From positions 1-64,000 of IMG/VR virus record IMGVR_UViG_3300046532_004322: a DNA stretch of 64,000 bases, one strand, 5' to 3'. This stretch comes from a virus. Below the pieces are notes generated by a model that worked only from the letters and a program-made list of their open reading frames with translations, had not been told where the DNA came from and did no database searches. The position numbers and the translations under genes were made by a program. Shown here one piece after another: positions 50,901 through 58,087 of this stretch (the stretch's first letter is position 1; every line of letters begins with the position of its first letter).

Positions 50901-53900
50901 GGGGCTTGAACTATATCAAATGTTGCACTATTCGTCGTGAAGGCAGTATTTTTTGAAATAGATTTTAATCCACTTTCAAAAACATGCCCACTTAACACTC
51001 CGATATGCTGATCAATATCTTTAGATAAGCTTGCGTGTGGCGAAGGAAGGGGTTGCTTTGGTCCAAGTTTTGGGCCGATTAATTTTTTAGCCGTTCTTCC
51101 CACCATAGCATTGAACACACGCCTGGAATCCGTTTTTATTTTGTCTTGTACAGTCGGCCCATCTTGAGGTCTTTTTATTCCTTCTACGTTAAATTTTACT
51201 CTCCTTTCCCTACCTCCTTTTTTTCTTGGACCAGCCCAATTAACCTGCCTTCTGTAACCTTCCTGAGGAACAAGCATTGTTGCTAAATTTCTTGCATCTA
51301 AAGTTTCGAATGTAGAATTTCTAGCTTTCATCTTGCTCTTGTCCTTAGATTCTAGGTTTGTCAGCTCGGAAGCAGTCCTACGTTTTCCTTGAGAATCAAA
51401 TTCTCCGTATACCGATGCTCTTCCTGCGCTCGTTTTACTTGCGCCTCCTCTATATTCGTTTAATAGTCTTAGCGACTGTTCGTCCAACATGGATTCGGTT
51501 ACCTTAACCCCCCCATCCCGAGTTTTGCCATGCGAAATGAATGAGTTTTCGTCTTTAAATTGGCTCCAAATGTTACCATTTGCCTTTTTTCCAGAATCTA
51601 TAAGCGGCCCACCAGCCTCCGTTCTATACTTAACATTTAATCCTCCAGCAGCATTTATAACATCTCTAGTTAATTTCGTATCTTTAGCTGTTATTAAATC
51701 TATACCAGTCTTAAATAAACTTGTTGCTCCCAAATCTATTTTCTCAGACATTCCATTGCTATGATTTACTTTCGGATTTGATAAATATAAATTAGCGGCT
51801 TTTTTCAGAACTCCCAATGTATTTTGTTTTCTTTTCCCCTTTACTTCAAAATGTCTTCCTCCAGCCAATAAATCAAAATATTTATTTCCTTTCAATAGGT
51901 TGACTGATTCTTTTCCTTTCAACCCAAATTCTCCCCTACTCCTCTTTAAATGTCTTCTAGCTTCGCTTTCCGCCCATAACCCCTTTATTCCACCCACTGC
52001 ATTTTGAAACTGTCCCTCTTGCCAATGAATATCTTTTGTACTTTTTGGATCAACCCATTTTTTAGTTAAAGAATCAATGGAAGTCAAGGCTCCTTTCCCG
52101 TTTCCAGAACTCAAAAGGGACCCGTATATTCCATTGGTCATAAGCTTTTTTCTTACGCCAGTTATGTTTTTATACTTTGGATTTATTATATATTTTTCTT
52201 TCCCAGCATTTTTCCCTATTCCGATTTCTTTTTCAAATATAGAATTAACTCCTAAATTAGGAGGCCCGTCTCTCCACTTTGGATGCCCGTCTTTCCATCT
52301 TGATTTCGCATTTTTCCCTGCCAAAATACGATGAGCTTTGCTTCCCATTTCTGCAGAAGTTTTTGAGAGCTTTGTAACTCTTAGATTTCCAGAAAATACA
52401 TCACTACTATCAGAAAATTTTGAAATTGGACTGGCTCCCCCCAGTCTCCACCCTAACTCGGAAGATTTTGCAGACATCTTCATCAATCCTTTTGAGAAAT
52501 TCGGAACAAATCCTTCGGAAGCAGTGATTCTCCTTGCTCCCCTTGGCATTCCGTATCTTTTAATCATTGATCTATTAAATATTGCCGTTCCTCCAGACCC
52601 CCTAAAATTAGGAACCTTCCATTCTCCAGTATGAGCAACTACACTTCGCCTTTTCCCTCCACCCATCGCATGATTTCTCAACACTACAGGCCTATCTCCT
52701 CTTCTTGCACCACCTACATTATTTCTTATTGATCTTTGTTCTCTATTTACCGAAGGGAGAAATCCTGACGCCATGCCCAAAGTTTTGCGACCTCGTCTTT
52801 TGTTCCAAGGCCTGCCCGCTGGCACAAAGCCCGCCTCGGAAGCTCCTACACCCCTTAGGGAAGTCCCAGCGGCTATTCTTTTGACCAAAGCTTCCTGCTT
52901 CATTCTTTCAACAGTCTCTTGCTTTATTAATTTTAATATAATTTTTTGTTGCTTCGCGGTATTCCCAGAAGCAGCCATTATCTTTTGGTAAACTCCGCTA
53001 TTTGATGCAAGGATAGAACCAATGGACGCTTGAAGGCTTTTTTGTCTTTTGGATTCTGAATTCATCCCAATAAGGTCTGAAAAAGCTTCTCTTGCGAACT
53101 TTGCTACAAGTACAAATATCTTAAGAAAAGCCGCTGTAATAATTGCAAATCCTGGACCAGCCAAGAATTTACCAAATCCCTTTACGATATTTTTTGCAAA
53201 ATCGCTACCCGTATTTTCATCCAAAGCTTTATTTAACCACTCAGCTAATTTTCCAACCACTTTTAAAATCGACTTAAAGCTATCACTTACCGCAAGCTCT
53301 CCAAGCCTTGCCGCCAATTCTTTAGCACTTAAAGATGTTTGGGTAAATATAGCACTTAGGGTCTTATTAAGTTCCTCGTTTCTTTTTATAGCTTCGTCAG
53401 TTGTTCCGTTTGCCGTTTTTAATGCTTTGTCGTAAATTGAATAACCATCTCCCAAGTCTTGAATCAAAGCTTGAAGATTTTGAATTTGAAATACCCCAGC
53501 TATTTGTTCGGAAGTAAATGCTTTTTGTGAATCCGATAGCGTTTTGTATACTTTTGCATAATCTTTAAGTATTGCAATACCAGATCTAAAATTACCATTC
53601 AAGTCTTTTGTAGAGACTCCAATTTCTTCAAGAGCTTCCCTGACCCTACTTCTTTTTATCCTTGTAAATATACTCTTGAATCCATTTCCTATTACGGAAC
53701 CACCTCTAGCGGTTCTTTGTTGAACTGCAGTTACAATTGAAGCGAGTTCATTAAATGAAACCCCAGAAGATTGAGCAACTGCACCAGCTCTAGAGATAGC
53801 TTCTGCCAAATCTTTTGACGAAACCGCAAAAGCTGCATCTACATTAGCCATCCTGTTTACAATTTGCTCGTGAGTTATCCCTTCCTTATTAAAAGAGTTA

Positions 53901-54436
53901 ATTGCAGCGGTTAAGGTTTCTGTGGACTTTACAGCACTTAATCCAGAAAGTCTTGATAGAATTAATGCAGAATTAACCCTGTCAAGAGTTTCTTGCGCTC
54001 CCAAACCTTGCCTAGCTAATTCAACGGCTGATTCGGATACGGTCTCAAAACTTGTTGCGGTATTTTTCGCTACACCAAACAAGCCTTGACCAAATTTCAT
54101 CATTTCCCTGTTTGTCGCTTCCATCACGACCTGAATATCCTTCAGTGCCTTTTCCACCTCTGCAGCGGATCTAACCATAGTTGCAAAGGCATTTGATATT
54201 CCATTAATTATTCCTACCGCAGCTCCAAACGCAAATACACGAGCCGCAGAAGCATCCATTGATTTCTGAAATTCACTTGCAGCATTCGTTATTTTTCCAA
54301 GGGGCTGAACAAATCCTCTTGTGTTCAGCTTCGGAGACATTTGCATCCGATTAACCACTCTTTGTGCAGACACGGCTTGGCCGACAATACTGCCATGGAA
54401 ACCCACTGCTGCGGTTGGAATATTTACTACACTCAT
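41903..54436 (-). CDS. Giant tape-measure protein (4177 aa)
   Basis: TP901-type N-terminal core (ELARQG, LAEAISRAG, RGGSVIGNGFKSIFTR, EQIAGVFQ), Gly/Ala TM-like segments, coiled coils, and position after the tube and chaperone genes. Confidence 0.93.
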   Translation of the reverse strand: MSVVNIPTAAVGFHGSIVGQAVSAQRVVNRMQMSPKLNTRGFVQPLGKITNAASEFQKSMDASAARVFAFGAAVGIINGISNAFATMVRSAAEVEKALKDIQVVMEATNREMMKFGQGLFGVAKNTATSFETVSESAVELARQGLGAQETLDRVNSALILSRLSGLSAVKSTETLTAAINSFNKEGITHEQIVNRMANVDAAFAVSSKDLAEAISRAGAVAQSSGVSFNELASIVTAVQQRTARGGSVIGNGFKSIFTRIKRSRVREALEEIGVSTKDLNGNFRSGIAILKDYAKVYKTLSDSQKAFTSEQIAGVFQIQNLQALIQDLGDGYSIYDKALKTANGTTDEAIKRNEELNKTLSAIFTQTSLSAKELAARLGELAVSDSFKSILKVVGKLAEWLNKALDENTGSDFAKNIVKGFGKFLAGPGFAIITAAFLKIFVLVAKFAREAFSDLIGMNSESKRQKSLQASIGSILASNSGVYQKIMAASGNTAKQQKIILKLIKQETVERMKQEALVKRIAAGTSLRGVGASEAGFVPAGRPWNKRRGRKTLGMASGFLPSVNREQRSIRNNVGGARRGDRPVVLRNHAMGGGKRRSVVAHTGEWKVPNFRGSGGTAIFNRSMIKRYGMPRGARRITASEGFVPNFSKGLMKMSAKSSELGWRLGGASPISKFSDSSDVFSGNLRVTKLSKTSAEMGSKAHRILAGKNAKSRWKDGHPKWRDGPPNLGVNSIFEKEIGIGKNAGKEKYIINPKYKNITGVRKKLMTNGIYGSLLSSGNGKGALTSIDSLTKKWVDPKSTKDIHWQEGQFQNAVGGIKGLWAESEARRHLKRSRGEFGLKGKESVNLLKGNKYFDLLAGGRHFEVKGKRKQNTLGVLKKAANLYLSNPKVNHSNGMSEKIDLGATSLFKTGIDLITAKDTKLTRDVINAAGGLNVKYRTEAGGPLIDSGKKANGNIWSQFKDENSFISHGKTRDGGVKVTESMLDEQSLRLLNEYRGGASKTSAGRASVYGEFDSQGKRRTASELTNLESKDKSKMKARNSTFETLDARNLATMLVPQEGYRRQVNWAGPRKKGGRERRVKFNVEGIKRPQDGPTVQDKIKTDSRRVFNAMVGRTAKKLIGPKLGPKQPLPSPHASLSKDIDQHIGVLSGHVFESGLKSISKNTAFTTNSATFDIVQAPGKSLRDLFGYNTTFADAKISDNKDSRASMVKKIFTLYNKTGEKGKSNLVHNANKRIESGAEDRAELEKGHIKAGFKRTRAGMGSLHGWTSATSRLKQLGHTDKAIANMSEGFIPNMDDGFVPNFAKGAMHWRRKGKGPTRKSGGKGTRAYRKAQSMKVQEQRGARTTRVVGGIAQPVYQRAGDNWYYNPRLNSRTKSPINLDSNIKTAGFAGRVGVVSSAGNTARVSSLESRVASLESKVSSNSSKIDPWASAYKEDARYNYNGASGYIPNFAGGKTSGGTQASGYGFIDDLLEKEILRGGKGTEGFINDLRSKDIQVDIDNKKGSVRFLGPVENAPGSPGMRNAIPNPSNNKHIQLGISNNKDLQGKMLDRLNDRIKSISLYNEGLSGKIRGLFGNVFIDPQKMAMKNEVLGMSKRLIGSGNSNNADFKTRTPAGLFDFINWGKKDLKHGIPQITRSGFDNLLKGGITGAQNIGIDELVKGLMVSHVAQGPNARAFSGKRGAQDATTLANEAQRGKLSLGERFFKIMGYGGKDGKETRGGKLARLYNWHSMTPEERKTSQEKKKERIQHQKNIANRANKELAELRRLNKANYKYQSPLNPEDIKRRDHLAKKEKDNKKIAGRAKAGKHVFMDSAGKLISGGANVLSDIYHGGKTVGGGVMRGIKAGANQARYIFDAYGADQIYDTSTSKMSTMIEEERLEEKARHKRNKGRNLEAARLKRKRRGRDRSKRRKEKWESLKNMFKLTPPFEIDSNLFGRKSEGDSRRKPGKPGLITQLQLAFMNTKDQLSGYREKNKGKVGIKDKFNSWLSDKIKGIGSFSNLNAKSIFGKIIPGYDTKGDKSSGGSEKAMNELQKRRMKEVRKSKLRQGSKKTIWNRMGDLGSRSLNWGMRRAEDTGKLGMKGLGFMGQMAGEAGSSGMQNLRMAGSHAGEWGSSGAAFMKSMMKGKGKGLALTGIGAGLFGGGVLGGKYLASLIGTGVGVGTGVGTGVGVGTGVGTGVGVGTGVGTGVGVGGAVGSKLGFGAFLKMVAGGSALSTAGGILGGAAMSLPPAAIMAYFMSKHISKRNAEFQKRVKKTHKKYLKRQKKFVRDKKKAEQRVKFNKGMKEWDTVFDKGKGKNYYGQPERHKYQDKIFQTGSGVMVYSNERKFENNQESRDFKRAFEIKKAVNPRMSDAEITKGLREKGLSDKSHIYRRSDRPMPVDSGHKAGVDALKDLRAKFPDLSEAEILEKAKKERRRGIGRQKRGGVTPYTSSFIDDAMKALKRAAEIKANPYGHKKKSSTPRRGRAGGFIPNFARGGGNRHPGAGSPHPGKNNLTQSYIDGIRRGEIGEKEIAKLLQDQALILRNNPKKFQDQNDYMARSMDNIGNTQQKLKILRHASKLKGGAAGGFVPNFARPGRKFRRFNKDGFLSGTRKRKAANRRVDEAGFVWAVDKSQKLQKISEKLHLDKMDDIFQGFFSGGYIPSFSNPLENAYNREKSALRKRGIPSSAIRMERSPKLVDHRLNPGGFAITNRVDERFGLGQGINRSMAMGIDPKAHGMSEGFVPNFRFGMGFLKGLRPGSQPTRNINPNYRPSRKLPGGRTIPASRGKKYSESKNKFAKRRDKWEKQKAKTDASMSQMTMAAMFMGPMISQQIDAGQTAKGRGSLGGAVKNMGSSALMGAGFGAMLGTPGMAFGALGGAAYGAADSAMNWKDNKALSDIGEDLSKGKDKLDEKLKDLQAMIKYREGVQGLNDAFKSGDITKIKEGQKLMSESIASIVDPSVIDKLNSITNGTMSFSDQIEALSGVLKDAENNAKNAKNALEIGTAVSAGIEREKSVMSSAGEMLVDYGLFLPSAGLSSAVSQWRSGAGVTEGMDPTSWFGAGGMTAKLDSARWDESESKDFASKLKANFKQANTKSVAEITQEEFDRKKVLAARTGGSFDQTFDEFSKDFQDQAAVESARETLTSMQKDFGNLEEARLDILRGSIRGNRFGKGVDQNKLLYGDKDDLENASIMKGHLSDLEEKNAKDKLNNSSFIKALRDGGQSAAADKIVEGIIDPSENNLSKENLLMMKEQIQTQEKLIESLDSNADSNSKNATKVKNIEDELKSLIKEVRLLNFAIEDFNKNRETVERVRSINRDTIERDFSGKNNILSSVGAITEREKVSRSNTLQNIIARDSNNQELRSSMMERLLKGADPNSLIDMNQILKDKGLSAEKDEGTFLEREKKENEKKERPEREEFTNKFTDFMKQNADGNVTLVEIKGFLETLNSSNEYSNRIQTDMRNIELRNGAVFSAQLNQLKSENRNKMLELDAKFINKMGSSILGTNDTTKLNDAIRTGGLNRKGERSKFVKGLGRTVSEKENEAINSQSQAFLEESLGINLSGLTGRTGLDQRKAKINRNIEKMDKDIGPDGDPLIDFLEKRKKVAFANIDSVDQMQKSQFNNIGYGGELSDSLSDNGKMLASTLSIADNTESLFKLASNSGINISTTSQSGIATGIANSISSMLGDSVKQDLGEKTDSAGDRAASAAEAKKKRETPTVFAPVKVSGVRGKSGQTGFQEVRDPYWKRNRKQVTKWHLGDPKAGPISQFAGSDDPLNKAGTDLEKLPAQTKNLHFLAALSEEAKDANGDILTNDLVSNLARKLELLKSKPNWRTQNLADKGEDPRWLSTLTPKNDTIKLATKIIREQQNRVASLPHFTKLKNKGNAPSAGLWPIEATKFENMGIGDMPPVLGTDSPHLAPGYGQRQASQQDNFGILKDNIEALLKSYDNIENVQIDSILQDKMVRKAGDNDGVTQMLKPEQRDFLKQADVDVSGYGQLNIPQWAKDEKGFVLEIEKMKESWKAWFDKGTQAINQPSVTAPTMPTFSPVSNSGSRRATSWGGSLRSPVQGGPFIHDTQENVMPPSPYIASTPGADHTIHEVGKDGKVNQIDQAATEGVNKVSESINELPKAMKNELESVIFNHGITGNVTLDFNTEMFSQALGPVMFDQLKNMLLDPIISEVMARALEGRLNIRPDQIN
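47868..47974 (-). repeat. 30-bp tandem repeat (~3.5 copies) encoding GTGVGTGVGV within the TMP
   Basis: actcc(g/a/t)acccctgttccaacccctgttcca repeated on the + strand. Confidence 0.92.
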
Positions 54437-54439
54437 ACT

Positions 54440-54466
54440 TACCTTTTACCTTTTAAGGTAATACAC
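54440..54466 (-). promoter_or_regulatory. GTGTAT motif plus AAGGTAAAAGGTA leader element of the TMP gene
   Basis: The element is shared with the leaders at 56339-56351 and 56679-56691. Confidence 0.55.
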
Positions 54467-55468
54467 TTATTTTTCGTGAATTCGAATAAAATCATCCATA
54501 TCAAGAGAACCGTCCTTTCCTTCTTCTGTGGCAACATCGTGTAAATCTTTCGTCCCAGAAACATCCAGGCCAGCCTCAACCATGTCTTCTTTCGAGGCTC
54601 CCATATAACTATATCCGCTCGAAGCATTTAATCTTTCCTTGGAATCTTGTACTCTTTTGGATTTCTTATCGGAATCTTGCATGAAGTCCATTATCTCCTT
54701 TGCGTTGTCCCTAATTTTTTCAGGTATTTCCTTATTTTTGAAAACATTTAAAAACATTTTCGCATAATTCAATACGTTTATCTGGTAATAACTTAATTCA
54801 AAATGATTTCTATTGAAAAACTTCGAGACATTGGATCCAAATAAATTCAATATAGAAGTAAAAAATGGCTCTATTGATATTTGTCTTACATTATCTGTTG
54901 AAAATTCGAGTAATGCTTCATTATATATATTGTATAACGTAGCTAACTCAGACCTGTCCAGCTCTTCAAATTCTTCATCTGTGAAAAATCTTTCCGTTAA
55001 CTTTTCATCCTTAAAGAAACAACGAGATATAAAGCTTTCATTTGATTTTTTTCCTGCATATTCTTCTGCAGTATTCCTTATTAAATGTCCTCTTTTTTCC
55101 TCACTTATCCTTATTCCTTTTTCCAGCTTCTCTATGCTTTTTTCCATAGATTTTCTTTGAGCTTTTATTATAAGATTCGAGACTGTTTTTTTTAAGTTTT
55201 TTATCTCTTCTCTTTTCTTTGAGGATTCTTCTTCTTCTTCTTTTGTCCATGTTTTTTCCTTGTCTAAAAAATCAAGTAATTCCTTTTCGGTCATTACCCC
55301 CATCTTCTTTGCCTTATTGAGATACCTGTCATGCATATCCCTTAAGAATCCCATATCATTAAGATCCGTATGCTTAATGAAAACAGGGGTTCCCGAGAAT
55401 TCAGTTCTCGAAAACCCCTGCATTAACTTAAGAAAAATATTTTCTAAATTTTTATTGTCATTTTGCAT
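54467..55468 (-). CDS. Putative tail assembly chaperone
   Basis: Immediately upstream of the TMP; helical and charged; EEFEELD..L pattern. Confidence 0.55.
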   Translation of the reverse strand: MQNDNKNLENIFLKLMQGFSRTEFSGTPVFIKHTDLNDMGFLRDMHDRYLNKAKKMGVMTEKELLDFLDKEKTWTKEEEEESSKKREEIKNLKKTVSNLIIKAQRKSMEKSIEKLEKGIRISEEKRGHLIRNTAEEYAGKKSNESFISRCFFKDEKLTERFFTDEEFEELDRSELATLYNIYNEALLEFSTDNVRQISIEPFFTSILNLFGSNVSKFFNRNHFELSYYQINVLNYAKMFLNVFKNKEIPEKIRDNAKEIMDFMQDSDKKSKRVQDSKERLNASSGYSYMGASKEDMVEAGLDVSGTKDLHDVATEEGKDGSLDMDDFIRIHEK

Positions 55469-56336
55469 CGACTAACTCTTCTTCGCTAGCCTCTTCATCT
55501 TCGGAATCTTCTTCATCCTCAAGGTCTTCTTCCTCTTGAGTCTTTTCCATTTCTTTCATAAGCTCTTCCAGGCCTTCTTTTTCTTGAGATCCGCTTATAT
55601 ACCAAATCGTTAATATTGAAGATATTTTATCTATTGATCTTGAGTAAATTTCATCATCAATTTCTTCAAGATCTACATACTTTTCATACCTTTCTTCGAA
55701 ACTCGTTCCTTCAAACATCGGCTCGATGGGGGCCTTTTCGTCCTCCCCTTCGGAGAAATAACTTAAATGCAAGACATACCACATTATGGTTCTGTTCCTA
55801 GCCTTTACATCTGCAGTATGATCAAACAATGAATTTTGCAACATTTCATACTCAGTTAATTCCTTTCTTATTTCAGCCATTTCTCTTGTAGCTTGTTCCA
55901 GTTTCTCTTGCTGTCTTTCCGATAACTTTCCTTTGTTATCTCCAAAGACCGAAAACTCTTGAACCTCAAGTTGTTTTTGATGCATTCTGAAAACCAAGTC
56001 GGAATAAAGCTTCTGTTCTTTTTCCGTCCACACTCCACCGTTTGATCCATATTGCTTTGCGAGCATGGCTTTAGTCAGGAGCCCCATCTTAATATACTTA
56101 TTAAGCTCCAAGCTGTAGAACATGTCTCCGTCCTCTAGCTGGCTCCTGGTGGGCTTTTTAATGCATATGTTGAAGGGGACCTCCTTTTTGGTGTTAACGG
56201 TCTCCTTGGTCACTACCGTATCCATCTTTCCAGTCTCCTTGTTCTTACGCTTCTTTTTCTTTTCTATCGTTTCCTCAACATCTCTCTCGATGTTCACTTG
56301 AAACGAATACAATACCTTTTTTTCATCAATGTCCAT
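55458..56336 (-). CDS. Putative tail assembly chaperone
   Basis: ICIKKPTRSQL motif and an acidic tail; lies between the tube and TMP genes. Confidence 0.6.
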   Translation of the reverse strand: MDIDEKKVLYSFQVNIERDVEETIEKKKKRKNKETGKMDTVVTKETVNTKKEVPFNICIKKPTRSQLEDGDMFYSLELNKYIKMGLLTKAMLAKQYGSNGGVWTEKEQKLYSDLVFRMHQKQLEVQEFSVFGDNKGKLSERQQEKLEQATREMAEIRKELTEYEMLQNSLFDHTADVKARNRTIMWYVLHLSYFSEGEDEKAPIEPMFEGTSFEERYEKYVDLEEIDDEIYSRSIDKISSILTIWYISGSQEKEGLEELMKEMEKTQEEEDLEDEEDSEDEEASEEELVDAK

Positions 56337-56389
56337 AATACCTTATACCTTGGTTATAGTTAATACAATATATATTATAAATTAAAAAA

Positions 56390-56674
56390 TCATTTTTTAA
56401 AGTTAATATCAAAATTTTCCATACAAGCAAACAATTCCCTCCTTAGATCGTTTCCAGAATCCAAGATCTTTTTCCTTATATGATTGAGTTGAGCCTCGTC
56501 CAAATACTCAGCTTGATTTAACAACTTTTCTTCTTCAGGAATAGCTTCCTTGAGCTTCTTGAATTGCGTCTTATGTTCTTCGCTTAAATCTTCTATTGTT
56601 CCCAAGAACGATTTATACAAATTAGTTATTCCACGGAGTACTTGAAACTCCAATAGTTCTCTTTCTGATTTCAT
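56390..56674 (-). CDS. Hypothetical helical protein
   Basis: ORF with a GTGTAT motif and the AAGGTA repeat upstream. Confidence 0.7.
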   Translation of the reverse strand: MKSERELLEFQVLRGITNLYKSFLGTIEDLSEEHKTQFKKLKEAIPEEEKLLNQAEYLDEAQLNHIRKKILDSGNDLRRELFACMENFDINFKK

Positions 56675-56705
56675 AATTTACCTTTTACCTTATGTGTAAA
56701 TACAC

Positions 56706-56739
56706 AAAAAACCCTCGAATGGGAAATCCGAGGGTTTTT
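56706..56739 (-). terminator. Rho-independent terminator after the tail tube gene
   Basis: AAAAAACCCTCG...CGAGGGTTTTT inverted repeat with flanking A/T runs. Confidence 0.85.
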
Positions 56740-56762
56740 GTTACTAATAGTAATTCTTTAAA

Positions 56763-58028
56763 TTACGGGGTCAATGTTGGAGTTTCAGTAAACTGAGGAG
56801 TATTATCCTGCGATGTGAACAAGAATATTCCATTATCCGAATCGTTAGCTCCGCCAACTTGAGCGGAGAAGGTAAGATCAACAGTCTTGTTATCTCCAAT
56901 GGAAGCACTAAATGCTTCGGTATCGAGGATAGCATTACGCATGACATAAGTCATGAGATTATTGCTTCCGCAACGATCCTTCATGATCAATGCGATATCA
57001 CGCTTTTCTTCAGCTCCACAAATAAGACCGTCAAGAGATCCTTCGTCAAAATCAGTCATCAATGCCGAAGCACTGAGCGTCATTGTAACTGGGAAATCAA
57101 TCTTCCGAGCGAATGGGAAGTGATTCCCAAGTCTTGTCATCGGAGTTCTTCCAATTGGAACTTCCAAGGATACATTCTGAATGTGAACAGCAGTTTTTGA
57201 GCCCGTCCCGAAACCAGATCCAGGAAGGACTGCTCCACCAACTTGTAAATCTCCAGCGCTTGTTGCATTACTGAAAAATCCAGTAGCATCAAAATCAATC
57301 GTAATGTCTCCAGGGCGGATAGCAAAGATTTCACTACCACTTTCTGTATTTCCTGTAGTTCCTGTGTTTGAAATAACGCTAGAAAAATTAACTTTATTAC
57401 TGAGCTTTGATCCACTCGTCGAACTAACATCAATTGCTGGATTATCCATATTGCCAGAAAGATCATTCTTAAAAAGCATATTCGAAGCTTCTACGGAAAC
57501 ACTTGCCGAAGCTAATTCTCCAACCGCAGCACTTATTGAATAACTCGTAAGAAATCCGTTACCAATTGCAATACATCCATGATTAGCAGTATTAACTCCA
57601 GTCGTATCATGCAAGTCGTCACCTTCTTTTGTCGTTACGACGTAAAAATTCAATTCATCTGCATTTGCTCCATGAACATTTTGAATATTTGTACTATCAA
57701 GAAGGCTCTTAGCTAATGGATCTGCAGTGGCAACTGGAAAAATCGTATCTGCATTTACATCAAGCCCAAGATTCTGCTCTTGGATACCTGTTGTGAGCAA
57801 GTACGAAAAATCAAGACTTACTGTGGGGGGCTCAGTTACTTCTCTCGAAAGAGCGGCAAGCTGACCAAACTCGTTAATATCAGTACGGGCTACTTCTAAA
57901 TTGTAGCTCATGTCCTGAACGCGATTTATTTCTTTAATGTTCGCACTTGTAATATTGCCCCCAGCATTGGGGTCGATCTTACTTGCGAACAAATTCTCAC
58001 TCTGGTAAATAACTCTATCTCTTGGCAT
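56763..58028 (-). CDS. Major tail tube protein
   Basis: RVQDMSYN...DINEFGQL, IQNVSLEVPIGRTPM..LG, NAILDTEAFSASIG. Follows the tail terminator and is followed by a terminator hairpin. Ends TPQFTETPTLTP. Confidence 0.75.
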   Translation of the reverse strand: MPRDRVIYQSENLFASKIDPNAGGNITSANIKEINRVQDMSYNLEVARTDINEFGQLAALSREVTEPPTVSLDFSYLLTTGIQEQNLGLDVNADTIFPVATADPLAKSLLDSTNIQNVHGANADELNFYVVTTKEGDDLHDTTGVNTANHGCIAIGNGFLTSYSISAAVGELASASVSVEASNMLFKNDLSGNMDNPAIDVSSTSGSKLSNKVNFSSVISNTGTTGNTESGSEIFAIRPGDITIDFDATGFFSNATSAGDLQVGGAVLPGSGFGTGSKTAVHIQNVSLEVPIGRTPMTRLGNHFPFARKIDFPVTMTLSASALMTDFDEGSLDGLICGAEEKRDIALIMKDRCGSNNLMTYVMRNAILDTEAFSASIGDNKTVDLTFSAQVGGANDSDNGIFLFTSQDNTPQFTETPTLTP

Positions 58029-58087
58029 AATTTTAAATGGTTTGTGTGTTATTACTAATTACAGTAAAAAGTTTAGAATGGGAACTT

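Noticed and set aside
46259-52843. GF motif as a prepilin-peptidase (G|F) cleavage site
   Set aside because: There is no following hydrophobic helix or Glu at +5, so it does not fit type IV prepilin processing.
55440-55500. Lambda G/GT-type frameshift between the two tail chaperone ORFs
   Set aside because: No XXXYYYZ heptamer at the overlap, and the downstream ORF has its own ATG.
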